Shown piece after piece: positions 1 to 9,865 of a DNA stretch of 64,000 nucleotides. The translations under genes and the position numbers were made by a program. The notes below the pieces were generated by a model, which saw only the letters and a list, made by a program, of their open reading frames with translations, did not search any database and was not told the DNA's origin. This stretch comes from Tabrizicola sp. (lineage in GTDB: Bacteria; Pseudomonadota; Alphaproteobacteria; Rhodobacterales; Rhodobacteraceae): positions 187 to 64,186 of the forward strand of contig NZ_JBOFBI010000170.1 of assembly GCF_051645465.1 (NCBI RefSeq), in the 5' to 3' direction. The stretch's first letter is position 1. Each line of letters opens with the position of its first letter.

Positions 1-555
1 GTCGCGATCCGCCTGGGGCAGCGCGTCCAGCATCTCGCGCACCGAGCGGCCCGTAAGCGGATGCACCCAGTCAGGGGCAACATCGGCCAGGGGGACCAGC
101 ACGAACGCCCGATCCTGCAGCCGCGGATGGGGCAGGATCAGCTGGTCAGGGGCGTCGCGAATCTGGCCGTCGGGCGGGAGCTTTCGCCAGATATCCTGGG
201 TCTCGGCGTCAGGCACGACCGAATCGCCCAAGGCCAAAAGATCGATGTCGAGCGTCCGCATCCCCCAGCGCTGCAGTCTTTTACGACCAAAGTATGATTC
301 AACAAAATGAAGCTTAGCCAGGATTGACGCGGGGTCATCCTCGTTGCTGAACTCCAGGGCAGCCGCCGCGTTCACATAGTCCGGCCCGGCCCCCACCGGA
401 AAGCAGGGCGTCGCGAAGAACCGGCTAACTGCCAGAACCGAAAAGCCTTCTTCGGAAAGCGCTTTGACCGCCCGTCGAAGCGTCTCTGCGGGCGGTTCGC
501 CCTCAAATGGCAGATTTGCGCCTAGCGCAATCAGAGCGAGTGTTGATTTCACCAT
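1..555 (-). CDS. folK: 2-amino-4-hydroxy-6-hydroxymethyldihydropteridine diphosphokinase (3' end runs off the window)
   Basis: Not in the ORF track; manual minus-strand translation from ATG 555 gives IALGANL...RWGMRTLDIDLL...LILPHPRLQDRAFVLVPL, the HPPK motifs. Confidence 0.93.
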   Translation of the reverse strand, partial: MVKSTLALIALGANLPFEGEPPAETLRRAVKALSEEGFSVLAVSRFFATPCFPVGAGPDYVNAAAALEFSNEDDPASILAKLHFVESYFGRKRLQRWGMRTLDIDLLALGDSVVPDAETQDIWRKLPPDGQIRDAPDQLILPHPRLQDRAFVLVPLADVAPDWVHPLTGRSVREMLDALPQADRD

Positions 556-696
556 CTGGACGCATAATTTCCTATAGTTCACTTGTCGGAAAGGTGTTCC
601 GGCTGATAGTTACTCGTTGTTAGCCGTCGGATTTCTCTACTTCACGTGGTTGAGACGCGAAAGATTGGTCTGCCGGCGACTTTGAGGGGACACAGA

Positions 697-1272
697 ATGT
701 TTTACAAAGACGAACGGCTCGCGCTGTTCATCGATGGTTCAAACCTATACGCAGCCGCAAAGGCGCTCGGGTTCGACATCGACTACAAGCTTCTCCGGAT
801 GGAGTTCATGCGACGGGGCAAGCTCTTGCGCGCGTTCTACTATACGGCGCTTCTTGAGAACGACGACTACTCGCCGATCCGGCCGCTGGTGGACTGGCTC
901 CACTACAACGGCTTCACTATGCGCACCAAGCCCGCGAAGGAATACACCGACAGCCAGGGACGGCGGAAGGTGAAGGGCAACATGGACATCGAGCTTTGCG
1001 TCGATGCCATGGAACTGGCGCAGCGGATCGACCACGTGGTGCTTTTCTCGGGCGACGGGGATTTCCGCCCGCTGGTGGAAAGCCTGCAGCGTCAAGGGGT
1101 TCGGGTGTCGGTGGTGTCAACCATCCGCAGCCAGCCGCCGATGATTGCCGACGAACTTCGTCGCCAGGCCGACAACTTCATCGAGCTTGACGAACTGCGC
1201 GAAGTCATCGGCCGCCCCCCGCGCGAGCCGCGCCCCGCCGTGGGTGAAGAGGTCGCTATCGAGGCGAAGTGA
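697..1272 (+). CDS. NYN domain (LabA/DUF88) protein
   Basis: FIDGSNLY, KGNMDIEL and SGDGDF PIN-like motifs; ATG 697 follows GAGGGG. Confidence 0.9.
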   Translation: MFYKDERLALFIDGSNLYAAAKALGFDIDYKLLRMEFMRRGKLLRAFYYTALLENDDYSPIRPLVDWLHYNGFTMRTKPAKEYTDSQGRRKVKGNMDIELCVDAMELAQRIDHVVLFSGDGDFRPLVESLQRQGVRVSVVSTIRSQPPMIADELRRQADNFIELDELREVIGRPPREPRPAVGEEVAIEAK

Positions 1273-1312
1273 GCCTCGCATTGGTCTGCGCCGGGGAGGG
1301 ATTTCCCCGGCC

Positions 1313-1741
1313 ATGATCGCATTGTCTGGTCTGTTTCTCGCAGCCTTCCTGGCCGCAACACCGGTGCCATTCCAGTCCGAAGTCGTGTTCCTTGGGATGC
1401 AGGCTGCGGGCTGGGAAACCGGCCTTCTGGTGATCCTCGCCTCCATCGGCAACACGCTTGGCTCTTGCGTCACTTACGCGCTTGGCCGGTGGCTTGGCGA
1501 CCGGCGCGACCACCGCTGGTTTCCCCTGCGCCCCGACCAGATGGCGCGGGCCGAGGGCTGGTTCGGCCGCTGGGGCGTCTGGACGCTGCTGCTCTCCTGG
1601 GCACCGTTCGGCGACACGATCGTGGCACTTTCAGGCGTCCTGAGGGTGCCCTTTCCGCTGTTCGTGGGTATCGTCGCGCTGGCCAAGACCGGCCGTTATG
1701 TCGCCCTTGGCTGGCTGGGTGCTGCGGCCTTTGGAGTTTAG
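1313..1741 (+). CDS. YqaA/DedA-family membrane protein
   Basis: FLAAFLAAT-x-PFQSE, GNTLGS and LLSWAP motifs. Confidence 0.85.
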   Translation: MIALSGLFLAAFLAATPVPFQSEVVFLGMQAAGWETGLLVILASIGNTLGSCVTYALGRWLGDRRDHRWFPLRPDQMARAEGWFGRWGVWTLLLSWAPFGDTIVALSGVLRVPFPLFVGIVALAKTGRYVALGWLGAAAFGV

Positions 1742-1752
1742 CGCCCGACGTG

Positions 1753-1830
1753 AAAGCGTTAACAGACCTTGAATCACCCCCCGCTAACGCATTGAAATAT
1801 ATAACCGCGAAACCCTGCGCACCGTGCCCA
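1753..1830. repeat. Dispersed intergenic element family A, copy 1 (TTAAC-N21-TAACGCATTG-N20-hairpin)
   Basis: Same boxes and spacing as 34929-35010 and 61022-61101; ends CTGCGCACCGTGCCCA. Confidence 0.6.
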
Positions 1831-1895
1831 TTCGCCACGCTGGACGCCACGGCCTACAGGGCTTAAGTCTAACCCGACAGCCTCCGGAACCCCCG

Positions 1896-2849
1896 ATGCC
1901 CGACCTGCCCCCCCTGACCCTCTACCTCGCCGCCCCCCGCGGCTTCTGTGCGGGCGTCGACCGCGCGATCAAGATCGTCGAGATGGCCATCGAGAAATGG
2001 GGCGCCCCGGTCTACGTCCGGCACGAGATCGTCCACAACAAGTTCGTGGTCGACGGCCTGCGGGCGAAAGGCGCCGTCTTCGTCGAAGAACTGTCCGAGT
2101 GCCCGACCGACCGCCCGGTGGTCTTCTCGGCCCACGGCGTGCCCAAGTCGGTGCCCTTGGAGGCCGCAGGCCGCAACATGATCGCCGTCGACGCGACCTG
2201 CCCCCTCGTGACCAAGGTCCACAACGAGGCCGCCCGGCACAACGAGAACGGCGTCCAGATGATCTACATCGGCCACGCGGGCCACCCCGAAACCGTGGGC
2301 ACGATGGGCCAGCTCCCTCCGGGCGAGGTCCTCCTCGTCGAAACCGTCGCCGATGTGGCAACCCTGCAGGTCCGCGACCCCGCAAAGCTCGCCTTCATCA
2401 CCCAGACCACCCTTTCCGTCGACGACACCGCCGAAATCGCCGCCGCCCTCAAGGCCCGCTTCCCCCTGATCCACGCCCCGGCGCACGACGACATCTGCTA
2501 CGCCACCACGAACCGCCAGGCCGCCGTCAAGGCTGTCGCCCCGAAGATCGACGCCCTTCTGGTGATCGGCGCGCCCAACTCCTCGAACTCCAAGCGTCTG
2601 GTCGAGGTAGGCACCGCAGCGGGCTGCCCCTATTCCATGCTGATCCAGCGGGCCGCCGACATCGACTGGCGCGCCCTGGAAGGCGTGCGCTCCATCGGCC
2701 TGACCGCAGGCGCCTCGGCCCCCGAAGTCCTGGTCAACGAAGTCATCGACGCCTTCCGCGCCCGCTTCGCCATGACGGTCGAGCTGGTGGAGACCGCGGT
2801 CGAGGACATCGAGTTCAAGGTCCCCCGGATCCTGCGCGAACCGGCATGA
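1896..2849 (+). CDS. ispH: 4-hydroxy-3-methylbut-2-enyl diphosphate reductase
   Basis: [43 protein letters not shown] and TAGASAP. Confidence 0.97.
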   Translation: MPDLPPLTLYLAAPRGFCAGVDRAIKIVEMAIEKWGAPVYVRHEIVHNKFVVDGLRAKGAVFVEELSECPTDRPVVFSAHGVPKSVPLEAAGRNMIAVDATCPLVTKVHNEAARHNENGVQMIYIGHAGHPETVGTMGQLPPGEVLLVETVADVATLQVRDPAKLAFITQTTLSVDDTAEIAAALKARFPLIHAPAHDDICYATTNRQAAVKAVAPKIDALLVIGAPNSSNSKRLVEVGTAAGCPYSMLIQRAADIDWRALEGVRSIGLTAGASAPEVLVNEVIDAFRARFAMTVELVETAVEDIEFKVPRILREPA

Positions 2850-3295
2850 CAGAGTGGGTCACGTTCCAGGGTCGGATCCAGCCGATCACGTGGGGCCGCT
2901 CCACCTACACGATCATCAGCCTGCCTGAAGCGGCGGTAGCGGCGCTCGGCGGCACACGCCGGGTCGAGGGTGAGATCGCCGAGCACCCGGTGAACCTTGC
3001 CCTGTCCCGGGCAGCGGTCATCGAGGGCGTCTTCCTTTGGACGGGTTCCAGTCTGCTAGAGCGGATCGGTATCGCGCCCGGCGATCTAGTCGAGGTCCGC
3101 CTACGCCCCGCTCCGGATGACCGCGTCGACCTTGATCCAGATTTCGAGGCCGCCTTGCACACCGCAGGGGTCAGCGCGGCTTGGGAGGGGCTGACGCCGG
3201 GCAAGCGGCGCGGGCTGCTTTACCAGATCGCCACAGCGAAGACAGAACCGACCCGCCGCAAACGCATCGCGAAACTTGTCGAGGACCTGAGATGA
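2846..3295 (+). CDS. DUF1905 + YdeI/OmpD-associated domain protein
   Basis: RRVEGEI N-domain and C-terminal LTPGKRRG...[11 protein letters not shown]; ATGA overlap with ispH. Confidence 0.75.
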   Translation: MTEWVTFQGRIQPITWGRSTYTIISLPEAAVAALGGTRRVEGEIAEHPVNLALSRAAVIEGVFLWTGSSLLERIGIAPGDLVEVRLRPAPDDRVDLDPDFEAALHTAGVSAAWEGLTPGKRRGLLYQIATAKTEPTRRKRIAKLVEDLR

Positions 3296-3777
3296 TCACC
3301 GCTCTCCGCCGGATCGCCATTGCTGTGACCCTTGCCGTCACACCCCTCGCCGCCAACGCCGAATCGCCGCCCGAACTGGCAAGGTACTCAAGCAACCCCG
3401 GCAGCCTGCCGCCGGAGTACCGGTGGGACACCTTTGTCACCATCTACCTGGACGGGCAGGTATTGATAAAGCACTGCCGCGGGTATGAAATCGAAGGCCC
3501 GGCCTGCAAACTGACCAATACCAAGACGACACCCGAAGCGGTTGAGGCAATCCTGGCTGCCGCGAAGGCCTCCGACCTAGCCGCGCGACCCGCTCGAGAG
3601 CTGGACACTCCCCCGCCCGGCAGCAGCTCCATTGGCGGTGATGTCCTCATTGACGGACAGATGATCCTGCTTCCCCCCTTCGTCATCGATGCTGACGTCG
3701 AACGGGTCGCCCTGGTCCTTCGGGCGATCGAGGCAGCCGTCCCATCAACGGACGCACGGCTTTTGACGGGTGAATGA
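3292..3777 (+). CDS. Hypothetical secreted protein
   Basis: Signal-peptide-like N-terminus ending ANA-E; ATGA overlap with the upstream gene. Confidence 0.6.
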   Translation: MITALRRIAIAVTLAVTPLAANAESPPELARYSSNPGSLPPEYRWDTFVTIYLDGQVLIKHCRGYEIEGPACKLTNTKTTPEAVEAILAAAKASDLAARPARELDTPPPGSSSIGGDVLIDGQMILLPPFVIDADVERVALVLRAIEAAVPSTDARLLTGE

Positions 3778-3821
3778 AGTCCCCGCTGGCCTCGGTCAGA
3801 ACGCCGGGCTAGAGCTTCGGG

Positions 3822-4283
3822 ATGACTGACGAAACCCGCATTCCCCCTGCCGCCCTGATGCTTGGCCTTGCCGGGCTGATCCCGTTCCTCTGGTCCGCTG
3901 CCACCCATCTGTCGCCTGCTTTGGCCGGATGGGCTGGCCAATGGCTGCCGCCCATGTTCCTGGGCGCCTATGTCGGGCTGACCTATGGCACGGTGATCCT
4001 TGCCTTCATGTCCGGCACCCTCTGGGGTTTTGCCACCAAGGCCGAAGGCCGCGAGGCCGCCTTGGCCTACGCCCTGTCGGTCATCCCGGCGCTCTGGGTC
4101 TTCTTCATGGTGACGGATGCCTCGGCAAACTCGACCATCTACCTTGCGGCTGGTTTCGTCGGGCTTCTGCTCTTGGACGGCACGTTCTCGGCCCTCGGCC
4201 TTGCGCCCCGTTGGTGGATGCGGCTTCGGGTCATGCTGACCGTCGTCGTCCTCGCATGCCTCGCCGTCCCGTTGCAGACCTGA
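3822..4283 (+). CDS. DUF3429 membrane protein
   Basis: [24 protein letters not shown] and WWMRLR. Confidence 0.85.
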   Translation: MTDETRIPPAALMLGLAGLIPFLWSAATHLSPALAGWAGQWLPPMFLGAYVGLTYGTVILAFMSGTLWGFATKAEGREAALAYALSVIPALWVFFMVTDASANSTIYLAAGFVGLLLLDGTFSALGLAPRWWMRLRVMLTVVVLACLAVPLQT

Positions 4284-4288
4284 AGACG

Positions 4289-4750
4289 ATGCCCGAGCTT
4301 TTCGCCTACACCGACGGCGCCTGTTCCGGGAATCCCGGCCCTGGGGGCTGGGGCGTCCTGATGATCGCCCGCGACAACGGAGCCGTGGTCAAGGAGCGCG
4401 AGCTTAAGGGCGGTGAACCCCTGACCACGAACAACAGGATGGAGCTTCTGGCGGCAATCTCGGCGCTGGAGGCGCTGACACGGCCTTCCGTGCTGACCAT
4501 CGTGACCGACAGCGCCTATGTGAAGAATGGCGTGACGGAATGGATTCACTCCTGGAAGCGCAAGAACTGGCGTACAGCCGGGGGCTCGCCCGTCAAGAAT
4601 GTCGAGCTTTGGCAAAGGCTTGAGGCTGCCGCTGCCCGCCACCAGGTGACCTGGCGCTGGATCAAGGGCCACGCGGGCCATGAGGAGAACGAGCGCGCCG
4701 ACGCTTTGGCGCGCGCCGGCATGGCGCCCTACAAATCAGCCCCCGCCTGA
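4289..4750 (+). CDS. rnhA: Ribonuclease HI
   Basis: [27 protein letters not shown] and [15 protein letters not shown]. Confidence 0.97.
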   Translation: MPELFAYTDGACSGNPGPGGWGVLMIARDNGAVVKERELKGGEPLTTNNRMELLAAISALEALTRPSVLTIVTDSAYVKNGVTEWIHSWKRKNWRTAGGSPVKNVELWQRLEAAAARHQVTWRWIKGHAGHEENERADALARAGMAPYKSAPA

Positions 4751-4789
4751 ACGGTTCACAGCGCTGAAGCGCATCAAGCCGCTTGCCCG

Positions 4790-4809
4790 GTAAACGAACA
4801 TTCGTTTAC
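4790..4809. promoter_or_regulatory. Palindromic operator, probably for autoregulation of the TetR-like gene
   Basis: GTAAACGAA-CA-TTCGTTTAC, a perfect 9-bp inverted repeat 9 nt before ATG 4819. Confidence 0.7.
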
Positions 4810-4818
4810 TCTTTCCTC

Positions 4819-5319
4819 ATGCCACGCACCCGCACGATACCGGACGACCGAATCTTCGCTGCCATCCGCGCCCTGATGGACCAGGGCGGCGACAAGGCCG
4901 TGTCCTTCGGCAGCGTCTCCGCTGCCACCGGTCTTGCACCCCCCACGCTGGTCCAGCGCTACGGCAGCCGTGACGGCATGGTCCGCGCCGCGCGTTCCGC
5001 GGCCTGGGACGCGCTCGATGCCCGAACGGCCCAGGCTATCGCGGCCACCGCCGACAAGGGGCCGCAGGGCCTGCTGAAGGCCATCGGCCCGGTCGACGCC
5101 GCCGCTTTGGCGGCAGACCTCCGCGACCCCGACCTCGCGCTTCGGGCGGCAGGCTGGCGGGCTACGGTGGAATCGGCTCTGGCTCAGCGCCTCGGAACCG
5201 GTGCCAAGGCAAAAGAGGCAGCGGCCCTCCTGTTCGCGGCGTGGCAAGGCCAGTCGCTGTGGGCACGGGCCGGGGAATCGGGCTTCCGGCTGAAGGACGC
5301 TGTGAAGCGGCTTACTTAG
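4819..5319 (+). CDS. TetR-like transcriptional regulator
   Basis: MPRTRTIPD...SFGSVSAATGLAPPTLVQRYGSRDG helix-turn-helix. Confidence 0.8.
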   Translation: MPRTRTIPDDRIFAAIRALMDQGGDKAVSFGSVSAATGLAPPTLVQRYGSRDGMVRAARSAAWDALDARTAQAIAATADKGPQGLLKAIGPVDAAALAADLRDPDLALRAAGWRATVESALAQRLGTGAKAKEAAALLFAAWQGQSLWARAGESGFRLKDAVKRLT

Positions 5320-5545
5320 CCCAGCTCTTCCAGGCCCAGATCAGCACGAGCGCACCCAGAAGCGCGCCGACAAAGCCCGCGCCCATCCCGGCCATCATGA
5401 CCAGTCCCCGCAGCAGAAGACCGCCGATCAGCGCGCCAAGAACGCCCAGCGCAATCGTCGACGGTGTGTCGAGGTCAACCTTCAGGATCCGCGTGGCCAG
5501 GAACCCGACGGCAACCCCCACGATCAAGAGCCAGATAAGCGGCAT
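5312..5545 (-). CDS. GlsB/YeaQ/YmgE family stress-response membrane protein
   Basis: Gly-rich hydrophobic 77 aa: LIVGVAVGFLA...LGVLGALIGG; SD-like GAGGGGG upstream. Confidence 0.8.
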   Translation of the reverse strand: MPLIWLLIVGVAVGFLATRILKVDLDTPSTIALGVLGALIGGLLLRGLVMMAGMGAGFVGALLGALVLIWAWKSWAK

Positions 5546-5674
5546 GGCACCCCCCTCTTTCCGCAATTCATATGGGGACCCCGCCGCCTGATCGCCAGTA
5601 TGGTGACATCCAGCCTCTACAGAACTGTCACATGGCGCTGCTACCAGCGATTCATGGTCATTTCGGAGGTCTCG

Positions 5675-6295
5675 ATGCGCCGCGCCGCACTGCTGTTGCT
5701 GATCGCCAGCCCGTCCTTCGCAGACACGATCGCCACCGATACCCCCACCCTTACCGCGCCGCCGACCGAATGGCTTGGGCCAGAGCCGCACCTTGTCATC
5801 ATGGGCAAAGTCAACGGGCGAGAGCTTAACATCCAGCTGACCGATATGGCCTCTGCCCCGTTTGTCGCGGAATTTGCCGGCAAGCGTGAATACCTGCCGG
5901 GCGAGGCTGGCGCCTTCCGCTACGGCGATTTCGAGGTCGCGCTCAAGGCCGAGATCGGCGGGGTCGAACGCAGCCTTGAACTGGAATTCGAGAACGACGA
6001 CTTCGGGAAGGCTGCGCTGCCCTCGGATTTTGCCCTTGTGCCCGAGAATTTTCCGAAAGGTTTCGCCTCGTTCCTGGAGTTTTCGTCCGAATGGGAAGAT
6101 GCCTCGGGCAGCGTCAATGACGAGATCGGCGGGTTCAACGGCACCCTGTCGCTGCAGCTTGACGAGGGCGCTCCGGACGACAAGGGCCTGCGCCCGGATG
6201 GCATGATCGGCGGGCTCGTCATGGCGGAAAAGGAAGGCGAGATCGTGGTTGTCTCGTTCACCGTTCCGGTCGCCGAATATGAAATCGACGATTGA
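5675..6295 (+). CDS. Hypothetical acidic secreted protein
   Basis: Signal peptide (SPSFA-D), Glu/Asp-rich; GGAGG SD; overlaps the phytase start. Confidence 0.65.
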   Translation: MRRAALLLLIASPSFADTIATDTPTLTAPPTEWLGPEPHLVIMGKVNGRELNIQLTDMASAPFVAEFAGKREYLPGEAGAFRYGDFEVALKAEIGGVERSLELEFENDDFGKAALPSDFALVPENFPKGFASFLEFSSEWEDASGSVNDEIGGFNGTLSLQLDEGAPDDKGLRPDGMIGGLVMAEKEGEIVVVSFTVPVAEYEIDD

Positions 6296-7304
6296 GGCGC
6301 TTCTTGTCCTTCTGGCCCTGGCCTCGCCACTTGCGGCGGACCCTCTGGCCATAGCCGTCCCGGCCAGCACGGAGACCGTGGGCGTCGGCGGCGATGCCGA
6401 TGACCCGGCGATCTGGGTCAACCCGACCGATCCGGCGCAAAGCCTGATCCTTGGCACCGACAAGCAGGGCGGGCTTTTCGTCTATGGCCTCGACGGGACC
6501 GAGCGTGCTTTCCTGCCCGATGGTCGGCTGAACAACGTCGACGTCCGGCCCTTCATGCTCGGTGGCAAGCCTGTGGCGCTGGCCGGGGCCAGCAAGCGGG
6601 ATGACGATACACTCGTCTTCTATATCATTGATTCCGAAGGCGTCCGCCATGCCGAACCCTTCGCGCACCCGGCGATCCCGGCGGACATGCCGGGCGTCAA
6701 ACACATCTATGGCTTTGCGATGGCCCAGGATGCGTCCGCCACCTATGCGCTGGTGAACTTCAAGTCCGGCGATATCCTGCAGTACCGGATCGAGGATCAG
6801 GCGGGGCAGCTGAGGCTTACCCTCGCGCGGCAGTGGAAGGTCGGAAGCCAGCCCGAAGGCATGGTCGCCGATGACCGCGCCGGGCATATCTACGTGGGTG
6901 AGGAAGACATCGGCATCTGGCGCTACCCGCTTGACCCAGCCCTTCCCGCCGAGCCGCTGTCGGTAGCGACCATCCCGTCCGCGTGCCTGCCGCGCGATGA
7001 TGTCGAGGGGCTTGCGGTCCATGAAAGCCCCAAGGGCCGCTACCTGGTGGCGTCCGCCCAAGGCATCCACCGCGCCGCGATTTTCCTTCTCGACGGCGAG
7101 GCGATTCCGGCCTGCACCGCGCTGGTCGAGATCGCGGCGGGAGCCGTGGATGGGGTAACCGAGACCGACGGGCTCGACGTGACCTCCGCCGCCCTGCCGG
7201 GGCATCCCGAGGGCGTGCTGGTGATGATGGACGACCAGAACGCGGGCTATACGACGAACTTCAAGGTGATCGACTGGGCTGCAATCTCGGCCAACCTGCC
7301 GTAG
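6279..7304 (+). CDS. Beta-propeller phytase (3-phytase)
   Basis: DADDPAIW, GRLNNVDVR, SQPEGMVAD, YVGEEDIGIW, DVEGL, ETDGLDV and NFKVIDW; signal peptide. Confidence 0.9.
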   Translation: MKSTIEALLVLLALASPLAADPLAIAVPASTETVGVGGDADDPAIWVNPTDPAQSLILGTDKQGGLFVYGLDGTERAFLPDGRLNNVDVRPFMLGGKPVALAGASKRDDDTLVFYIIDSEGVRHAEPFAHPAIPADMPGVKHIYGFAMAQDASATYALVNFKSGDILQYRIEDQAGQLRLTLARQWKVGSQPEGMVADDRAGHIYVGEEDIGIWRYPLDPALPAEPLSVATIPSACLPRDDVEGLAVHESPKGRYLVASAQGIHRAAIFLLDGEAIPACTALVEIAAGAVDGVTETDGLDVTSAALPGHPEGVLVMMDDQNAGYTTNFKVIDWAAISANLP

Positions 7305-7307
7305 GGG

Positions 7308-8204
7308 TCAGGCAAGCCGCTCCGGCAGGGTCAGCCCCTTAAGAACCTCACCCGCGGGCATCGGCCGCTTGCCTTCCCGCTGCGCTTCAAGGATTTCGAC
7401 CGCCCCTTCGCCACAGGCAATGGTGAAGCCGCGAAGCACCTGCCCCGGCTGGCCGCCCCCCGCGACAAGGCGTGATCTTAGAAGCTTCACCCGCTCGCCA
7501 TTCACCTCGGTCCAGGCGCCGGGGAAGGGCGACAAGCCCCGGATCAGCCGGTCCACCTCAACCGCAGGCCTCACGAAATCCACCCGCGCTTCGGCTTTGT
7601 CGATCTTCGCCGCATAGGTCACGCCCTGCGCCGGTTGCGGCTCTGGCTTGAGGTCGGGCAACCGCGCCAGCGCCTCGACGATCAGCCGAGCGCCCAAAGC
7701 GCTCAGCCGGTCATGCAGCTCGGCCGTCGTCTCCTCGGCCTCGATCGCCACCGCCTCGCGCAGCAGGACCGGCCCGGTATCCAGCCCCACCTCCATCTGC
7801 ATGATGCAGACCCCGGTCTCGGCATCCCCCGCCATGATCGCCCGATGAATCGGTGCCGCCCCCCGCCAACGCGGCAGAAGCGAGGCGTGGATGTTGAGGC
7901 ACCCGAAGCGCGGCGCATCCAGCACAGCTTGCGGCAGGATCAGCCCGTAGGCGACCACGACAGCGATATCGGCACCCAGTGCAGCAAAGTCTTTCGCTGC
8001 ACCTTCGCTGCGCAGCGAAACAGGATGCCGCACTGGCAAACCTAGCGCCTCAGCCCGTGCCTGAACCGGACTAGGCCGCTCAGCTTTCCCACGCCCGGCA
8101 GGTCGGGGTGGCTGACAATAAACAGCAACAATCTCATGCGCTTGACGCAGAGCGTCCAGCACCGGAACCGAGAATTCAGGCGTCCCCATGAAAACTATTT
8201 TCAT
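7308..8204 (-). CDS. fmt: Methionyl-tRNA formyltransferase
   Basis: [12 protein letters not shown] and [16 protein letters not shown]. Confidence 0.97.
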   Translation of the reverse strand: MKIVFMGTPEFSVPVLDALRQAHEIVAVYCQPPRPAGRGKAERPSPVQARAEALGLPVRHPVSLRSEGAAKDFAALGADIAVVVAYGLILPQAVLDAPRFGCLNIHASLLPRWRGAAPIHRAIMAGDAETGVCIMQMEVGLDTGPVLLREAVAIEAEETTAELHDRLSALGARLIVEALARLPDLKPEPQPAQGVTYAAKIDKAEARVDFVRPAVEVDRLIRGLSPFPGAWTEVNGERVKLLRSRLVAGGGQPGQVLRGFTIACGEGAVEILEAQREGKRPMPAGEVLKGLTLPERLA

Positions 8205-8701
8205 TTCTTGCGCCTCAGCTTGTCAGCCTTTGCGACAAGCATCCTCCGCTTCAGGGGCGAGAGGTGGTCAAAGTACATCTTCCCCGCCAGATGATCGATC
8301 TGATGCTGCACGCTGGTCGCCCAAAGCCCGACGAAATCCCGCTCCTCCACCAATCCTTCAGCATTCAGGAACCGCACCGTCACCGCCCTTGGCCGCCGGA
8401 TCACCGCCGACACGCCGGGCAGGTTGGGCGAGGCTTCCTCATGCTCGCGGAACTGGACGCTTGCATGCAGCACCTCGGGGTTCGCCATCCGCACCGCCTG
8501 CCCCCGCGTCTCGGAGCAATCCACCACCGCCAGCTGCAAGGGCACCCCGATCTGCACCGCCGCCAGCCCGTAGCCCGGCATCGCCTCCATCACCGCGACC
8601 ATATCGGCCCAGATCGCGCGAACTTCGTCGGTGATGGCGACCACATCCCCTGCGGGTTTGCGCAAGGTTGGGTCCGGCCAGGGCAGGATCGGTCGAAGCA
8701 T
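8201..8701 (-). CDS. Peptide deformylase-like protein with degenerate catalytic motifs
   Basis: PDF-like sequence, but EASPN replaces EGCLS and QHQIDH replaces QHEIDH. Confidence 0.85.
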   Translation of the reverse strand: MLRPILPWPDPTLRKPAGDVVAITDEVRAIWADMVAVMEAMPGYGLAAVQIGVPLQLAVVDCSETRGQAVRMANPEVLHASVQFREHEEASPNLPGVSAVIRRPRAVTVRFLNAEGLVEERDFVGLWATSVQHQIDHLAGKMYFDHLSPLKRRMLVAKADKLRRKK

Positions 8702-8770
8702 CTGGAAAACCTCACGTGTCGGCCCCGGCGAATAGCGGTATCAGGGCGGAAAGTCACCCCCGGAGGTCCT

Positions 8771-9154
8771 ATGAGACTTGCAGTCCTGATCGCTCTTCTC
8801 GCCACGCCTTCCCTCGCCGACGGCGGCATTACCGTGCAGTTGCCCGACGACGCGAAGATCGCCGAGGCCGCGACGCCCGAGTTCCTGACCGAACTGGTCA
8901 ACGCCAATGTCATCGGCATGAACTGCCCGGGGTTCGAGATCGATCAGGGGGAATGGACGCTGATCACCGGAACTGCCGACAAGGTGGCCGAGGCCATCGG
9001 TGTCATGGACGCCGGCGAATATGACGACAAGTTCTACGGCCCGGCTTTCGCGATGCTGGACAAGCCCGAAAGCTGCGCCAAGGAAGGCCCGAAGATCGAC
9101 CCGCTGATCGAGCGGCTGAAGGCGATGGGTGGCGATACCAAGCCGATCGGCTGA
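8771..9154 (+). CDS. Hypothetical small secreted protein
   Basis: GGAGG SD, signal peptide (PSLA-D), two Cys; lies between the two def genes. Confidence 0.65.
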   Translation: MRLAVLIALLATPSLADGGITVQLPDDAKIAEAATPEFLTELVNANVIGMNCPGFEIDQGEWTLITGTADKVAEAIGVMDAGEYDDKFYGPAFAMLDKPESCAKEGPKIDPLIERLKAMGGDTKPIG

Positions 9155-9670
9155 TCAGACCTCCCGCGCGCGTTCCCGTTTCAGCTTTTCCATCTTGCGG
9201 GTGATCATCTGGCGTTTCAGCGGTCCGAGATAATCGATGAAGAGCTTGCCATCCAGATGGTCGATCTCGTGCTGGACGCAGGTCGCCCAGATGCCTGCGA
9301 ACTGCCGCTCTTGCATCTGCCCCTTCAGGTCCATCCACCGCACCTGCACTTCGGCCGGGCGCTTCACATCGGCGTATTGGTCGGGGATCGAAAGGCAGCC
9401 TTCCTCATAGACCGAAAGGTCCTCCGACGCCCAGATGACCTCGGGGTTCACCAGCGCCATCGGCTCGGGCGTGCCTTCCTTGATGCAGTCCATCACCAGA
9501 AGCCGCTTCGTCACACCCACCTGCGGCGCCGCAAGACCGATGCCCGGCGCGTCGTACATCGTCTCGAGCATATCTGCCGCAAGACGTTCGATCTCGGGGG
9601 TGATTTCGGCCACCGGCTCGCAGAGCTTCTTGAGGCGCGGATCAGGATGGATCAGGATAGGGCGGATCAT
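9155..9670 (-). CDS. def: Peptide deformylase
   Basis: GIGLAAPQ, EGCLS and QHEIDHL all intact. Confidence 0.96.
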   Translation of the reverse strand: MIRPILIHPDPRLKKLCEPVAEITPEIERLAADMLETMYDAPGIGLAAPQVGVTKRLLVMDCIKEGTPEPMALVNPEVIWASEDLSVYEEGCLSIPDQYADVKRPAEVQVRWMDLKGQMQERQFAGIWATCVQHEIDHLDGKLFIDYLGPLKRQMITRKMEKLKRERAREV

Positions 9671-9865
9671 GCCTCGGGATTTATGGAAGCCCGTGCATTT
9701 AGGCAAGAGGGCGGTCCTGGCCTGGAGAAACGATGGGATGAGCGGAACGATGTACTGTGCATTACCCCTTGATCGGACCGATGTTCCAGTTCTATCTATC
9801 ATATTGGTATGAAGTTCCGGCAATTATTGCCTATCCAGAACGATGTCCCGCTACGAAAGCCCGCC

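Noticed and set aside
697-1272. NYN protein as a toxin or defence nuclease
   Set aside because: Looks like the conserved housekeeping LabA/DUF88 gene next to folK; no antitoxin partner
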